From the NCBI GenBank assembly GCA_000388065.2, contig KB932203.1: a stretch of DNA of 64,000 bases; one strand, written 5' to 3'. Under the pieces are notes generated by a model, which was not told the origin of the DNA, did no database searches, and saw nothing but the letters and a program-made list of their open reading frames with translations. Position 1 is the stretch's first letter. Each line of letters opens with the position of its first letter. This document shows positions 39,365 through 50,053 of this stretch, one piece after another. This stretch comes from Fonticula alba ATCC 38817 (taxonomy: Eukaryota; Protista; Nucleariida). Both the position numbers and the translations under genes were made by a program.

Positions 39365-42204
39365 TTAGTCGGAGTCCATGGCCATGGTCAGGTCATCGGC
39401 CAGCATCGGGTCGCCGCCGTCATCGTCACCAGCCACCATCATACGCTCGCCATCGTCCTCCTCGTCCTCGGGATCATCCTCGGCGTCGGCCGCACGGATG
39501 CGGTCATACGTGAAGGACTCCGACCGCCAAACGGGGAACACGCGCTTGTAAAGGCTCATGCACACCACATCCTGGGTCTTGAGAGGCCCATTGAAGAAGC
39601 ACTTCATGTAGCCATGAGTACCGAGGGACTCCTTGATATGACCGATGCGACCGTTCTTGGTGTAGAGCTGGGCATGCACAGATGTCCATGTGTGTGTGTG
39701 TCGGAGGAGGGGGGGGGGGGCACACAGTGCAAACCCAAAGGGTGGTACTATGGTTAATATGAGGTCACATATGGGACACAATTGGGCACACCGGCGAAAG
39801 CCCCAAGCAGGAGGAGGCGGGAAAAGTCCCCCTCACACACACACACACACACACGCGATTCTGTACAGCATATCCCACCACCACCAGTCAGTACATACCT
39901 GCACGGGCTTGAACCAGCGGACATCCTCCGGGGTGTAGAACATGTACCGCACGGTGGCGGTGTTCCGGTGGACCTTGAACGGCTGACCGGTCAGGACAAT
40001 GCGCTTGACCACCACACGGCGGGGGTTCACCTCGCGCAGGGACCCGGTGGCCAGGAGAATAGGCACACGGCCGGGGCCCTGGTCGTGGAAGAACAGCGCC
40101 GGGGCCGGCAGATAGGTGACCGGAGCAATGACCGAGGCCACCACGCTGCCGGAGAAGGCCGGCTGCAGGAAGCGCCGCATCCGGTGCTTGTCGCCGCCGC
40201 CATCGTCCGAGAAAACCGGCCGGCCGGTGATGCGCCGCGGGCCGCAAACGATCACCACATCGTCCTTGTTGGCGATGTGGTGGTCCCCGGAGGCCGAGTG
40301 GCGGGTCAGGGCGAAGTTCAGCACCGACAGCTTGCGCTCATGGCGGTGCAGACCATACAGCGACAGGACCGGGGTCACGGGCAGGTCGTCCAGGGCACGG
40401 CGCTCCTCCAGGAAGGACAGGGGAACCCCCTCCACGGTGATGGCCACATAATCGAAGGGGGACACCGGGAACTCGGCGGACTCCTGCATGACGCGGCGCT
40501 GGGTGCGGGCGAAGTTCTCGAAGTCGAAAATGCGCGAGTACTCCACCGGCAAGTTCTCGAAGGCGTCCCACGGAGAGTGGCGGAAGCTGCCGAATGGATG
40601 GATGCCCCATGTGTGCGTGCGAAGTGTGGCGAGATGCATGGGGTCAGCACCGGCGCGCGAGCAAAGGCGCAGCATGGCACAGGTGGCATGGCAAGGAGCA
40701 GCCGGCCAGGGAGGATGGGCCACCGTGCGCGCACCTCTTCAGACCGCGGTACTTGCTGAAGCGATCACGCGCGCGGACACCCAGCGGGGTGTCGATCTCG
40801 TCCGGGAAGTGCAGGTCATCCTCGGCCGCCTCGATCTGGGCCGAGCGCTCCTCCTGGCGCTGGGCCAGGAAGAGATCCAGCTGACGCTTCTCCTCCTCCG
40901 GAGAAAGGTCCGTGGCCACGTGGCGGTCCTCGACAACCACATTGTCCAGCTCCTCCTGCTCATGGGGGGTGTAGTCGCCGAGCTCCTCGCCGGGGAGGAC
41001 ATGGTCGCCACCGGTCGGGGCCTTGGCCTGGTACGAGACGAGGTCCTCGTCATCTTCGCTGCCGTCCTCGAAGTCGGAGTCTGTGCGGGGGGGACACACG
41101 CATATGAGTGTGAGTGGTGGTGGCGGTGGGGGGGGGGGGGAGCCGCCCCCTTGCAAGTGGGCGTTGGCCGGCGTGCATCTGCCCACACCACTCGGCATGT
41201 GTGCCCGGAGGTCACGCACCCACAATCCAGGCCGCCTGGTAGGAAGACATGCCCTTGGGCACGCGGCGAGTCCGGCTCTTGCGATAGTCCTCACCATCGA
41301 ACACCTCGTTGGCGGAGAACTGGCTCGAGTCCACGAAGCCACCGAAGTCCTCGTGGTCGCCAAACTGCCGGGATCCCAAGAGGGGAGGAGAAAGAGGGAT
41401 GGGGGAGGCGCGTGTCAGTCAAGACGTCGTCCGAGGGGGAGTGGGGGGGAGGGTGCAGATCGCCCGCGAAGGCCCGTGCGAGCATGGGCGCACCTCGTCC
41501 TCATCACCGAGGTTGTTCTGCTCGTCGAACTCGTCCATCACGGTGTTCACCTCGATCATGTCATCGCGGTCCTCCGGCTTTGAGGCATCCAGCACGTCGA
41601 AGCCCACCTCCTCCGGGACATCGCCAACAATCGGGTCGCTACCGGGCAGTGCGACGGCCAGCCCGTGCGTGGACGCGGCGAGTCAGCAAGGATGGGCAGG
41701 GGGAGGCGTCGGAAAGCGAAAGGAAAGGGGAACAGGCAAGCAAGGACGCACAACTGCGTGGCCGGGCCGTTGGGCTGGGCGGACTCGATGCGGGAGATCT
41801 CAAAGTCACCGGCGTTGGGAATGTGCACCAGCTGGGTGGCGGCCATCGGCCAGCCGCGAAGGTACCCATACATCTTAACCGAGGCGGTGGTCGAATCCGG
41901 CGACTGGATGTACGGGACGAAGCGCTCGACCAGCATGTATGGGCGCATCTCGCGCCAGGTGACCGCGCGCGGCAGGGTCTGCGACAGGGCCCGCAGGAGA
42001 GCATGCACCTCGGCATCGGTGTTGACGCCGAAGACGCGCTGCTCGTCGGCCGGGAAGCGGTTCTCAATGTACTTGACCGTGGCCTTGTGGGCATCGAGGC
42101 ACTGCTTCGGGGTCATCTCGTCGGCATAGGTGTTGGCGACGACGCTGTGTCGGAGGGGGGGAGGGGNNNNNNNNNNGTTGGCGACGACGCTGTGTCGGAG
42201 GGGG

Positions 42205-42264
<60 letters not shown>

Positions 42265-43097
42265 AGGGGGGGGGGAGGGGGGGGAGAGGGGGGGGGGGTG
42301 TCGCACTGGACGGCCGAGGGGAGGCCCATGGCAAAGAGGGTGGAGATGAGGGTCTCGCCAAACTCACTGGAGCTTTCGGTGGAGTCGTGGGCGAAGATGA
42401 CGAAGTCCGCCACATTCAGGGCATCGATGATGCCGTAGATATCGCGCTGGGGGACATGCAGCAGGGTCATGATGGAGTTGGCCAGCTTGTCCACGCTGAA
42501 GGTGACGGGATCGGAGGACTCTGTGTTTTTTTTTCCCCGCAGAGGACGGAGGCAAGTCGAGGGGGGTCAGTGTCGAGGTGAGGGCCGGGGAGAGGTGGCG
42601 CGGAGGGTGGCAGGGCAGGCGCACCGGGATCGCCGCGGTGAACCTTCACCAGCGGGTGGTCCAGGATGGAAGACCAGATGCCACGGGGGTCCAGATTATC
42701 CGACAGGGGGACGATGGCGATGACACGGGGCGCGCCGCCCGGGCCGCCGTGCTTACGGCTGATTGAGGCGATGTGCTGTGGCCGGGGGGGGGGGGCGCGA
42801 GCCGGGGAGAGCAGGTGTGTCAGGGGCAATGGCAAAGCAGGCGACAGGGGGGAGGGGAATCGCGCCGGGAGGGGCGTTCGCCCGGGGGCATGTGCCGCAT
42901 ACCATGCGCTTCTCGCGCTGGGCCAGCCGGGCCATGTTCCGGCGGTTGTTCTTGGAGGCGGTCAGCTTGGCCTTCGGGCCGTTGCCGTCGCGCTCAACGC
43001 GACCACGGTTCTCCGCCTTGATGGAGCCCTTGGTAGCATGGCGAGACTTGAAGGACTTATTGGCCTGCGACAGCCGGCCGGGGCGGTGGCCTGACAT
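39365..43097 (-). CDS. TSR1: Pre-rRNA-processing protein TSR1 (40S biogenesis), multi-exon
   Basis: [21 protein letters not shown]-terminus; [14 protein letters not shown]; [25 protein letters not shown]; [39 protein letters not shown]; [21 protein letters not shown]...LYKRVFP. Confidence 0.95.
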
Positions 43098-43158
43098 CTT
43101 GCTGGGACACACCGCGGGCGGGCTGGTGTCGGGGAGAGGCGAGGGGAAGGGGGGGGGG

Positions 43159-43241
43159 NNNNNNNNNNNNNNNNNNNNNNNNNNNNNNNNNNNNNNNNNN
43201 NNNNNNNNNNNNNNNNNNNNNNNNNNNNNNNNNNNNNNNNN
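43159..43241. other. Assembly gap in the TSR1 5' region
   Basis: N run. Short 10-N gaps also occur at 42167-42176 and 56342-56351, both intronic. Confidence 1.
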
Positions 43242-43824
43242 GAGGGAAAGGGGAAAGAGGGGGCTATGTTCATTGCGCCTGTGCACTTGACCTCCAGGCC
43301 GGGGGTGTTTTTCTCCCTCCCCCGGACAAAAGACGGGATGGGGGGGGGGGGGGGCTGCGCATGGCCTCTCTCGGCTTTTGCCGTCCCCCCGCCCGCATCT
43401 TGGATCGCTGCCGTCTGCGGCAGGGCGACGCGGGGGAGAACCAGCCGGCGGGAGGGGAGGGCATGCGTGGCCAGCAGGCCGGGGCGAGGGCCGGGGCGGG
43501 GGGCGCGCGCGCGCGCGGTGTGGGGCCGGCCGCTCAACGCGCGCCCGGAGCACGCATGGGCTCCATCACGTGTGTCGGGAAAATTGGCACCTCTCGCCGT
43601 GCCGGGAGATCTTGCGACGACGACCGGCCTCGGAGCCAGGGGGGGGGGGAATGGCCGGATGCTGGCCAGCCCATGCAGGCCATTTCACGGTCCCTGGTGT
43701 TGCGTGGCCGAGGTTGCCCGGCCTTTGGTCCTGTCTCTTCCTCTCTCTCTCCACAGTGCCCCCCCCCCTCTCCTCCCCTGTTGTTCGCTTTACCCCTTCC
43801 TCCCCCTCCCTTCATCGCGGTGCC

Positions 43825-45723
43825 ATGTCGATGGACCTTTCTTCTTCGCGCCTCCTGCCGGTCGTTGCCGCAGCACTTGTTGGCTTGTCGGTGGGCCTGG
43901 TGAGCGCGTCGGCTCTGGTGGCGGCGCGTGCGCCTGCCGCGCCCGTGCCTGCGCCCGGCACCGCCACCACCAAGCCCACTTCCTGCGGTGACCTCGCGGC
44001 CGACGGGCCTGCCACCGAGGATGACGAGGAGCTGATCCGCGAGCAGCTGGCCCGGAATTATGCCTTCTACACGGAGGAGCAGATGTCTCGCATCCGTGCG
44101 GCCTTCGTGGTGGTGATTGGTGTCGGCGGCGTGGGCAGTCACGCGGCCATGATGCTGGCGCGCAGCGGTGTGCAGCGCCTGCGCCTGGTGGACTTCGATC
44201 AGGTAACCCTGTCCTCGCTGAACCGCCATGCGGTGGCCGAGCGGGCGGACGTTGGCCAGGCCAAGGTGGCCGTGCTGAAGGCGCACCTGGGCCGGTCGGC
44301 CCCCTTCGTCCAGGTGGAGGCCGTGCAGCAGATGTACACCCCGGAGTCCATGGATGAGATCCTGTCCGGCGGGCCGTCCTTCGTGCTGGACTGCATCGAC
44401 AACACCTCGACCAAGGTGCACCTGCTGAAGTCCTGCCATGAGCGGGGTATCCCGGTGATCAGTGGCATGGGTGCCGGGGCCAAGGGCGACCCGAGCTCCA
44501 TCCAGGTGGCGGACATCTCCCAGACGACGTGTGCGTCCCCTCCCCCCCCCCCCCCTCTTCCGTGTCTCTCCTTGCGCCGGGCGGGGCGACGGTGTGGTGG
44601 CCCCTCCTTGTTATCTTATTGATGGGGGCCTGGCGCAGCTGACCTTTCCCCTGTCTCCACCCTCCGCATCGGTCACTGTCGAATCCTTCAGATGACCCGC
44701 TCAGCCGCACGACGCGGCGTCTCCTCCGCAAGGAGGGCATCACCGAGGGCATCCCGGTGGTCTTTTCCACGGAGATCACCGACCGCAACCTCCTGCCGCT
44801 GGATGAAAAGCTGATGGCGCCGGAGGCCCCGGTAAGCCGGCTGTCGGCCAGCGATGCGCCGGCCCCGGGCAGTGAGGTCAAGGCTGCCGCGCAGGAGTAC
44901 CAGATGATCCCGGACTTCCGTGTGCGCATCCTGCCGGTGTTGGGTGCGTCTCCCCTTCCCTCTCGCGATCTGCGCCTTTCCCTTGATCGCGCTCTCTCTC
45001 TCTCTCTCTCTCTCTGTATCTCACACGCATATTGGGCCTCCCTCTCTTCAACCAGGCACTCTGCCGGCGATGTTCGGCAATGCAATGGCCACTTTCGTGC
45101 TGCAGTGTCTGTCTGGTGTGGCCCCCCCGCGACAGATCGCCGTGCGTGGCCGGCAGGAGCTCAATGAGAAGATCCATCAGAAGCTGAAGATGCGCGACCG
45201 GAATGTCTACAATGATGAGTACGTTGTCATGAGGGGGGGGGCTGGCAACGGGCGATCGCCAGGATGTCCACCAACATGTCCCATGAGAGCGTGCCCGGTC
45301 TAATGCTCTGCTGTTTGTCATGGCCTCCCGGGGCTTCGTCTCTTGGCTTATCGGATGCCGGCACTTGGCAGCCCCCGCCACATGCCACTTGTCCACTCGG
45401 ACACCGGGTACCTGGTGGATGAGGTGTGGTGTTGCCGGTCGGCGGTCAGCGGGTCGCCCGTCCGGCCGACGCTGGTCCGCTGGCGTCGGGAGCTCCGAAG
45501 CAGCGTGGACAACCTGGTGATCATGACCCAGGAGGAGGCGGACGCGCATGATCGATACTTTGCGGAGGATGCGCCGGCGGCCGAGGCAGCGGCCCTGGCG
45601 GCCGGGCAGTCGGTCCCCGAGGCGGCGGTGGCCCGTTTCGGTGGCCTCTACTCCGAGGAGGTGATTCGCCGGGTGGAGCGCCGTTTGGCCGAGGAGCGTC
45701 TGATCTCCGAGTTGCGCGTGTAA
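43825..45723 (+). CDS. TCD1: tRNA threonylcarbamoyladenosine dehydratase (ThiF/E1-like, TcdA/Tcd1/Tcd2 family)
   Basis: N-terminal hydrophobic anchor; ELIREQLARNYAF; VVVIGVGGVGSHAA; LVDFDQVTLSSLNRHAVA; DCIDN; ISGMGAGAKGDP; DPLSRTTRRLL; DFRVRILPVLGTLPAMFG; GYLVDEVW. TAA at 45721-45723. Confidence 0.92.
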
Positions 45724-45885
45724 CGCGGGCGAGCTGCATGTCTGCACGGTCCCCTGTCTTTTTTCAAACAAGTGTTTTTCCCCGCCCGGTTCTTCGTTTG
45801 CCAGTCGTCCCTTTCTTCTTCATCTTCGTTATCATCATCTCCTTCTTCTTCTTCTTCTTCTTCTTCTTTGCGCGCGCGCGTGCGC

Positions 45886-45929
<44 letters not shown>

Positions 45930-46004
45930 CTGGGCATGCTCGATGCTCAAGAAATCCCGACCTTTCTTGGCCTTCAAGAGCCAATGGCGCTCCCTGTGGA
46001 CCAA

Positions 46005-46092
46005 CCAACCATAGCTCAATTGGTAGAGCATCAGACTGTAGTGGTAAAAAGCAATTATCTGAGGGTCGCTGGTTCGATTCCGGCTGGTTGGA
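46005..46092 (+). tRNA. tRNA-Tyr-GTA: tRNA-Tyr(GTA), copy 1, 15-nt intron TGGTAAAAAGCAATT
   Basis: CCAACCA/TGGTTGG acceptor stem, C1:G72 and A73, GCTC/GAGC D stem, TCAGA/TCTGA anticodon stem, CT-GTA-G loop, intron at 37/38, GGTTCGATTCC B box; 73+15 nt. Confidence 0.97.
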
Positions 46093-46099
46093 TCCAACC

Positions 46100-46504
46100 N
46101 NNNNNNNNNNNNNNNNNNNNNNNNNNNNNNNNNNNNNNNNNNNNNNNNNNNNNNNNNNNNNNNNNNNNNNNNNNNNNNNNNNNNNNNNNNNNNNNNNNNN
46201 NNNNNNNNNNNNNNNNNNNNNNNNNNNNNNNNNNNNNNNNNNNNNNNNNNNNNNNNNNNNNNNNNNNNNNNNNNNNNNNNNNNNNNNNNNNNNNNNNNNN
46301 NNNNNNNNNNNNNNNNNNNNNNNNNNNNNNNNNNNNNNNNNNNNNNNNNNNNNNNNNNNNNNNNNNNNNNNNNNNNNNNNNNNNNNNNNNNNNNNNNNNN
46401 NNNNNNNNNNNNNNNNNNNNNNNNNNNNNNNNNNNNNNNNNNNNNNNNNNNNNNNNNNNNNNNNNNNNNNNNNNNNNNNNNNNNNNNNNNNNNNNNNNNN
46501 NNNN
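46100..46504. other. Assembly gap inside the tRNA cluster
   Basis: N run immediately preceded by CCAACC, which is the first six bases of the tRNA. Confidence 1.
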
Positions 46505-46511
46505 CTGCCAG

Positions 46512-46599
46512 CCAACCATAGCTCAATTGGTAGAGCATCAGACTGTAGCGGTTGTAAGCAATTATCTGAGGGTCGCTGGTTCGATTCCGGCTGGTTGGA
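46512..46599 (+). tRNA. tRNA-Tyr-GTA: tRNA-Tyr(GTA), copy 2, intron CGGTTGTAAGCAATT
   Basis: Exons identical to copy 1; followed by CACTACTCTTTT (Pol III terminator-like T4). Confidence 0.97.
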
Positions 46600-46680
46600 C
46601 ACTACTCTTTTGCCCCCGGCGCCGTTTGCGGGCCCGCCTTTCTCTTTTCTCGTCACCTTGCATGTGGACCACATCCATAT

Positions 46681-46715
<35 letters not shown>

Positions 46716-46890
46716 GCAACACAGTCACACGTAACCTCCGATTGGTGGCGGTGCGTGTGCGCGTGCGTGTGCGTGCGCGCGTCCACGACGGCTTCCGTTT
46801 CGCAGTCCCTGCCACCTGGAGATATTTCTCCTGTCTGCGCCGTAAGCTCCAGGAGTCCTTTATGTTCTGAGAAATCAAGTGCCGGTTCAA

Positions 46891-46978
46891 CCAACCATAG
46901 CTCAATTGGTAGAGCATCAGACTGTAGCGGTTGTAAGCAATTATCTGAGGGTCGCTGGTTCGATTCCGGCTGGTTGGA
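46891..46978 (+). tRNA. tRNA-Tyr-GTA: tRNA-Tyr(GTA), copy 3, intron CGGTTGTAAGCAATT
   Basis: Identical exons; followed by TCCTTCCTTTT. Confidence 0.97.
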
Positions 46979-47269
46979 TCCTTCCTTTTGATCGTTTGGC
47001 CTGACGCATCTTTTGCACGAGGAGTCATCAAGGGGGCTGGGGGGAGGGGGTGTGAGGGAGAGGACCAGGGGGAGAGAGAGAGAGAGAGAGAGGGAGAGAG
47101 ACGCGTGCTCCTGGGGTGTGGTGTCGGGATAGAGCGTCTGTCCGACATGATATGTCTCTTTGATCTCCCCCGGGGTGTCCGCCCACCCATTTCTCTCTCC
47201 TTGCTAAAAAAAAGTTCCCCCCATCCCCTCCTACCTAGAGGCGCACCTGTTGTCGGCAAAAGGGTAGTG

Positions 47270-47357
47270 TCCAACCAGCCGGAATCGAACCAGCGACCCT
47301 CAGATAATTGCTTGTAACCGCTACAGTCTGATGCTCTACCAATTGAGCTATGGTTGG
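47270..47357 (-). tRNA. tRNA-Tyr-GTA: tRNA-Tyr(GTA), copy 4, intron CGGTTACAAGCAATT
   Basis: Reverse-complement copy with identical exons; followed on the minus strand by CACTACCCTTTT. Confidence 0.97.
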
Positions 47358-47798
47358 TTGGGAGGTCAGACACCCAAAACGTCTTAAATAGATTCAGGTG
47401 CTTGCCCAGCCGCTGGCGCGCCTCGCCTTTTTCCCTCAGGCACCTGCCAGCCTCCCCCGGCTTGGGGGCGGCGCGCCTGTCCACCCTGTTACTGAGAGCC
47501 TGACCCCTCTGCCACTCGGCGCCGGGCGAAATGAGACGCAGCGGCCACACTGTGGGGCGGGGGGGAATGGGCCGCACGGCTTCTCAGCATGGCCCCCGGG
47601 AAACCGTGGCAGCTGGCCAGACGTGAAAGCAGTGCCAAAGAGTGCCTGTCTTCCACCCTCCACTGCTGCCATCCTGAAGCACATATCCGCGGCCCTTGCG
47701 GGACTCAGGCAAGGGATGGAGGAAGGTAAGAAGGTGTCTCGTGAGGTGACTTCGAAATTCCGAAGCGACTTGAGCACCAGATGCTGGCGCTCTGCCAG

Positions 47799-47886
47799 CC
47801 AACCATAGCTCAATTGGTAGAGCATCAGACTGTAGCGGTTACAAGCAATTATCTGAGGGTCGCTGGTTCGATTCCGGCTGGTTGGA
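47799..47886 (+). tRNA. tRNA-Tyr-GTA: tRNA-Tyr(GTA), copy 5, intron CGGTTACAAGCAATT
   Basis: Identical exons; followed by CACTACCCTTTT. Confidence 0.97.
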
Positions 47887-48808
47887 CACTACCCTTTTGC
47901 GGCTCAGGGCGCCTGCAGTCGGTTTTCTGCCGCTCATCGTTGCCAGACGGTGAGGAGGAGGGGGGGACTGCGCGACAAACAGCCGGGGTTCCTCCGAGAA
48001 CCCGGAGGGAGGAGGAGGAGGACAGGAAGCCACGAGGAGAGAGAGGGGCGACTTGGACCGCGGGGAAGGAGAGGGGGGGGGGGGGGGAAAGGCCGGTGGC
48101 GGCACACCAGAGGGACCGATGGCTGAGTCTCGAACACCCGGGGGCGGGGGGGGCCGGGTGATGTGCCTGCATTGCGCATCCGTGGATGTGCATTTTCCCG
48201 TGTCCCTTCCTTCTCCCCTCGGGGGCCCCTCGTGGCGGGTGGGTGGGCTCCCCAGACCGCGGAGATCCTAACCGCACGAGGGAGGGACAGTCTGCAGTCG
48301 TAGACTGTATACTGTGCTCTCGCTGAGTTTTCTAGAAAAGGGACGTGATACAGGAATAACATTCCACAGGTACTCGGAGGCACCCCCCTTTGCCCCCCCC
48401 CCCCGGAAACCACTTTCCCTCCGCTCGGTCTTTTCTTCCCAGCCCTTCCTCAGTCTCGCCCAGGGAAAGCGCCGGCGAGAAGGGACGGGGCACTTGGGCC
48501 TGGGCGAGATTTGCATGCCGGGCCTCCCCCCCCCCCCTCTCTCTCTGTCCCGGGGAACTGGCCCCTCGTCCCTGTTCCGCAGGCGCGGCCACCAGGGAGG
48601 GGGGGGCGGGGACAGGGTGGGCAGGGGACCCCAGACCCGGACACACGCGCTCACACGCGCACACCTGCTCCCCATTGTGGGTTTATGCTCTGCGCACGCG
48701 GCCGCGCGCGCGCGCGCGCGCGCGCATGCCCCGAACAACCTCCCCGGGGCGGACTCCGGCCGGCGGCCGCGGCCCTCTCAGAGCGCCTTCTTTCTACACA
48801 AGCACACC

Positions 48809-50053
48809 ATGGACGACTGGGGTGCGTGGCCTGCCCATTCCTTGCGGCCTGGGCCGATGCCGGCACTCGGCAAAAGACCGAGGCCACCGTGACTGACCGT
48901 GCGAACCCCGGCTTCCTCTCCCCAGATAACGACGACTTCGAGGTGAAGCTCAACGATGCTGCCCCCGCCTTCGATGACCAGCGCGAGCTGGAGGAGGCCG
49001 CTGAGCAGCGTCGCCTCGAGGAGGAGCAGAAGGCCAAGCTCGAGGTACGCACCCCGGTCCCCGACCGAGGGCGGGTTTAGCCCTGGGCCCCGGCCGCCAC
49101 CCCTGCTGGCGCCCCCGTCGTGGCAATGGGGCGAGCGGAGGCCATGGCCATGCGATGGGCACATTCATTGACCGGAGCCCGCTTCTTATCCACCTCCCCT
49201 TCCCTGTTGGCCCAAATTGGATCGATGCAGGCCGAGGCCGCTGCCGCCCGCGCCGCCGCCCGTGCCGCCAAGGCCAACAAGCAGACCGCCAGTGCCCCGG
49301 CCCCTGCGGCCGAGCGTCGCGCTGCCCAGGTCCAGGAGCAGATTGACGCCGACTGGAACGCCGCGTCCGACCTGTTCGGTGGTGCGCCCTTCTTCTCTTG
49401 CTTGCCGCACCGACAGCATTTCCAGGCAGTCCCCTCTCCCTCTCTTCCCCCCCCCCCCCCCCGCGGAGGCCCTGTAGCTGATCCATGTCCCCCCCCCCTC
49501 TTCCCCCCCCCCCCCCCCCCGTGCATCTAGACATGAAGACCACCATCTCTGATCGGACCAAGGCCGGCATGGAGGAGCTCGCCTCCAACATTGATCGCCA
49601 GATCGCCCCGATCAAGGTCCGTCTTGCGACACACTGCCCGCCCTTCTTCGAGCGCATGTACACACCGCGGGGGGCCCCCCTCACACTGCCTGTGACATAT
49701 GTGCACGCATATGCCACCCACGCACACCCGCTCACCTGCAACTGCAGAAGCTTCGCTTCATGTATCCCGAGTTCCTTGAGCGTCTCTTCCGCAAGACCGC
49801 CTCCGAGGCCTCTGAGCACGACCTGCGCCAGCTGTCTTCCATGCTCGCGCGCATGGCCAACCAGAAGAAGGTTGACGTCCGGGCCAAGACCGCCGCCCCG
49901 AAGGCCGCCACCGCGGCCTCCAAGCTGCCGGATGTCGCCCGCCAGGACGACCGCATCGGCTCGCAGCTGATGGACTACTACGGCGGCGAGGAGGACGCCT
50001 TCGACAGCCACGACGATGAGGACGAGGCCGGCGACGACTATGACTTCATGTAA
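48809..50053 (+). CDS. EIF3J: Eukaryotic translation initiation factor 3 subunit J (Hcr1)
   Basis: Spliced product MDDWDNDDFEVKL...QEQIDADWNAASDLFG...YPEFLERLFRK...LRQLSSMLARMANQKK...DDYDFM*. The acidic N-terminal WD motif and C-terminal DFM are characteristic of eIF3j. Confidence 0.88.

Noticed and set aside
42132-42206. Duplicated TSR1 splice acceptor (GTTGGCGACGACGCTGTGTCGGAGGGGG twice) suggesting alternative 3' splice sites
   Set aside because: The two copies sit on either side of a 10-N scaffold gap, which is typical of an unmerged contig overlap.
45738-47577. Long ORFs spanning the tRNA cluster, and other ORFs rich in CVCV, HTHT, ERER or poly-P/G
   Set aside because: Translations of N-gaps, microsatellites and homopolymers with no protein signal.
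46005-47886. Repeated 88-nt units with unique spacers resembling a CRISPR array
   Set aside because: The units fold as complete tRNA-Tyr genes, spacing is irregular, one copy is inverted, and there are no cas genes in this eukaryotic context.
43825-47886. Functional coupling of the tRNA-modifying TCD gene with the adjacent tRNA cluster
   Set aside because: ct6A forms on t6A37 of ANN-decoding tRNAs. These tRNA-Tyr(GTA) have G37 and are not substrates, so the adjacency looks coincidental.
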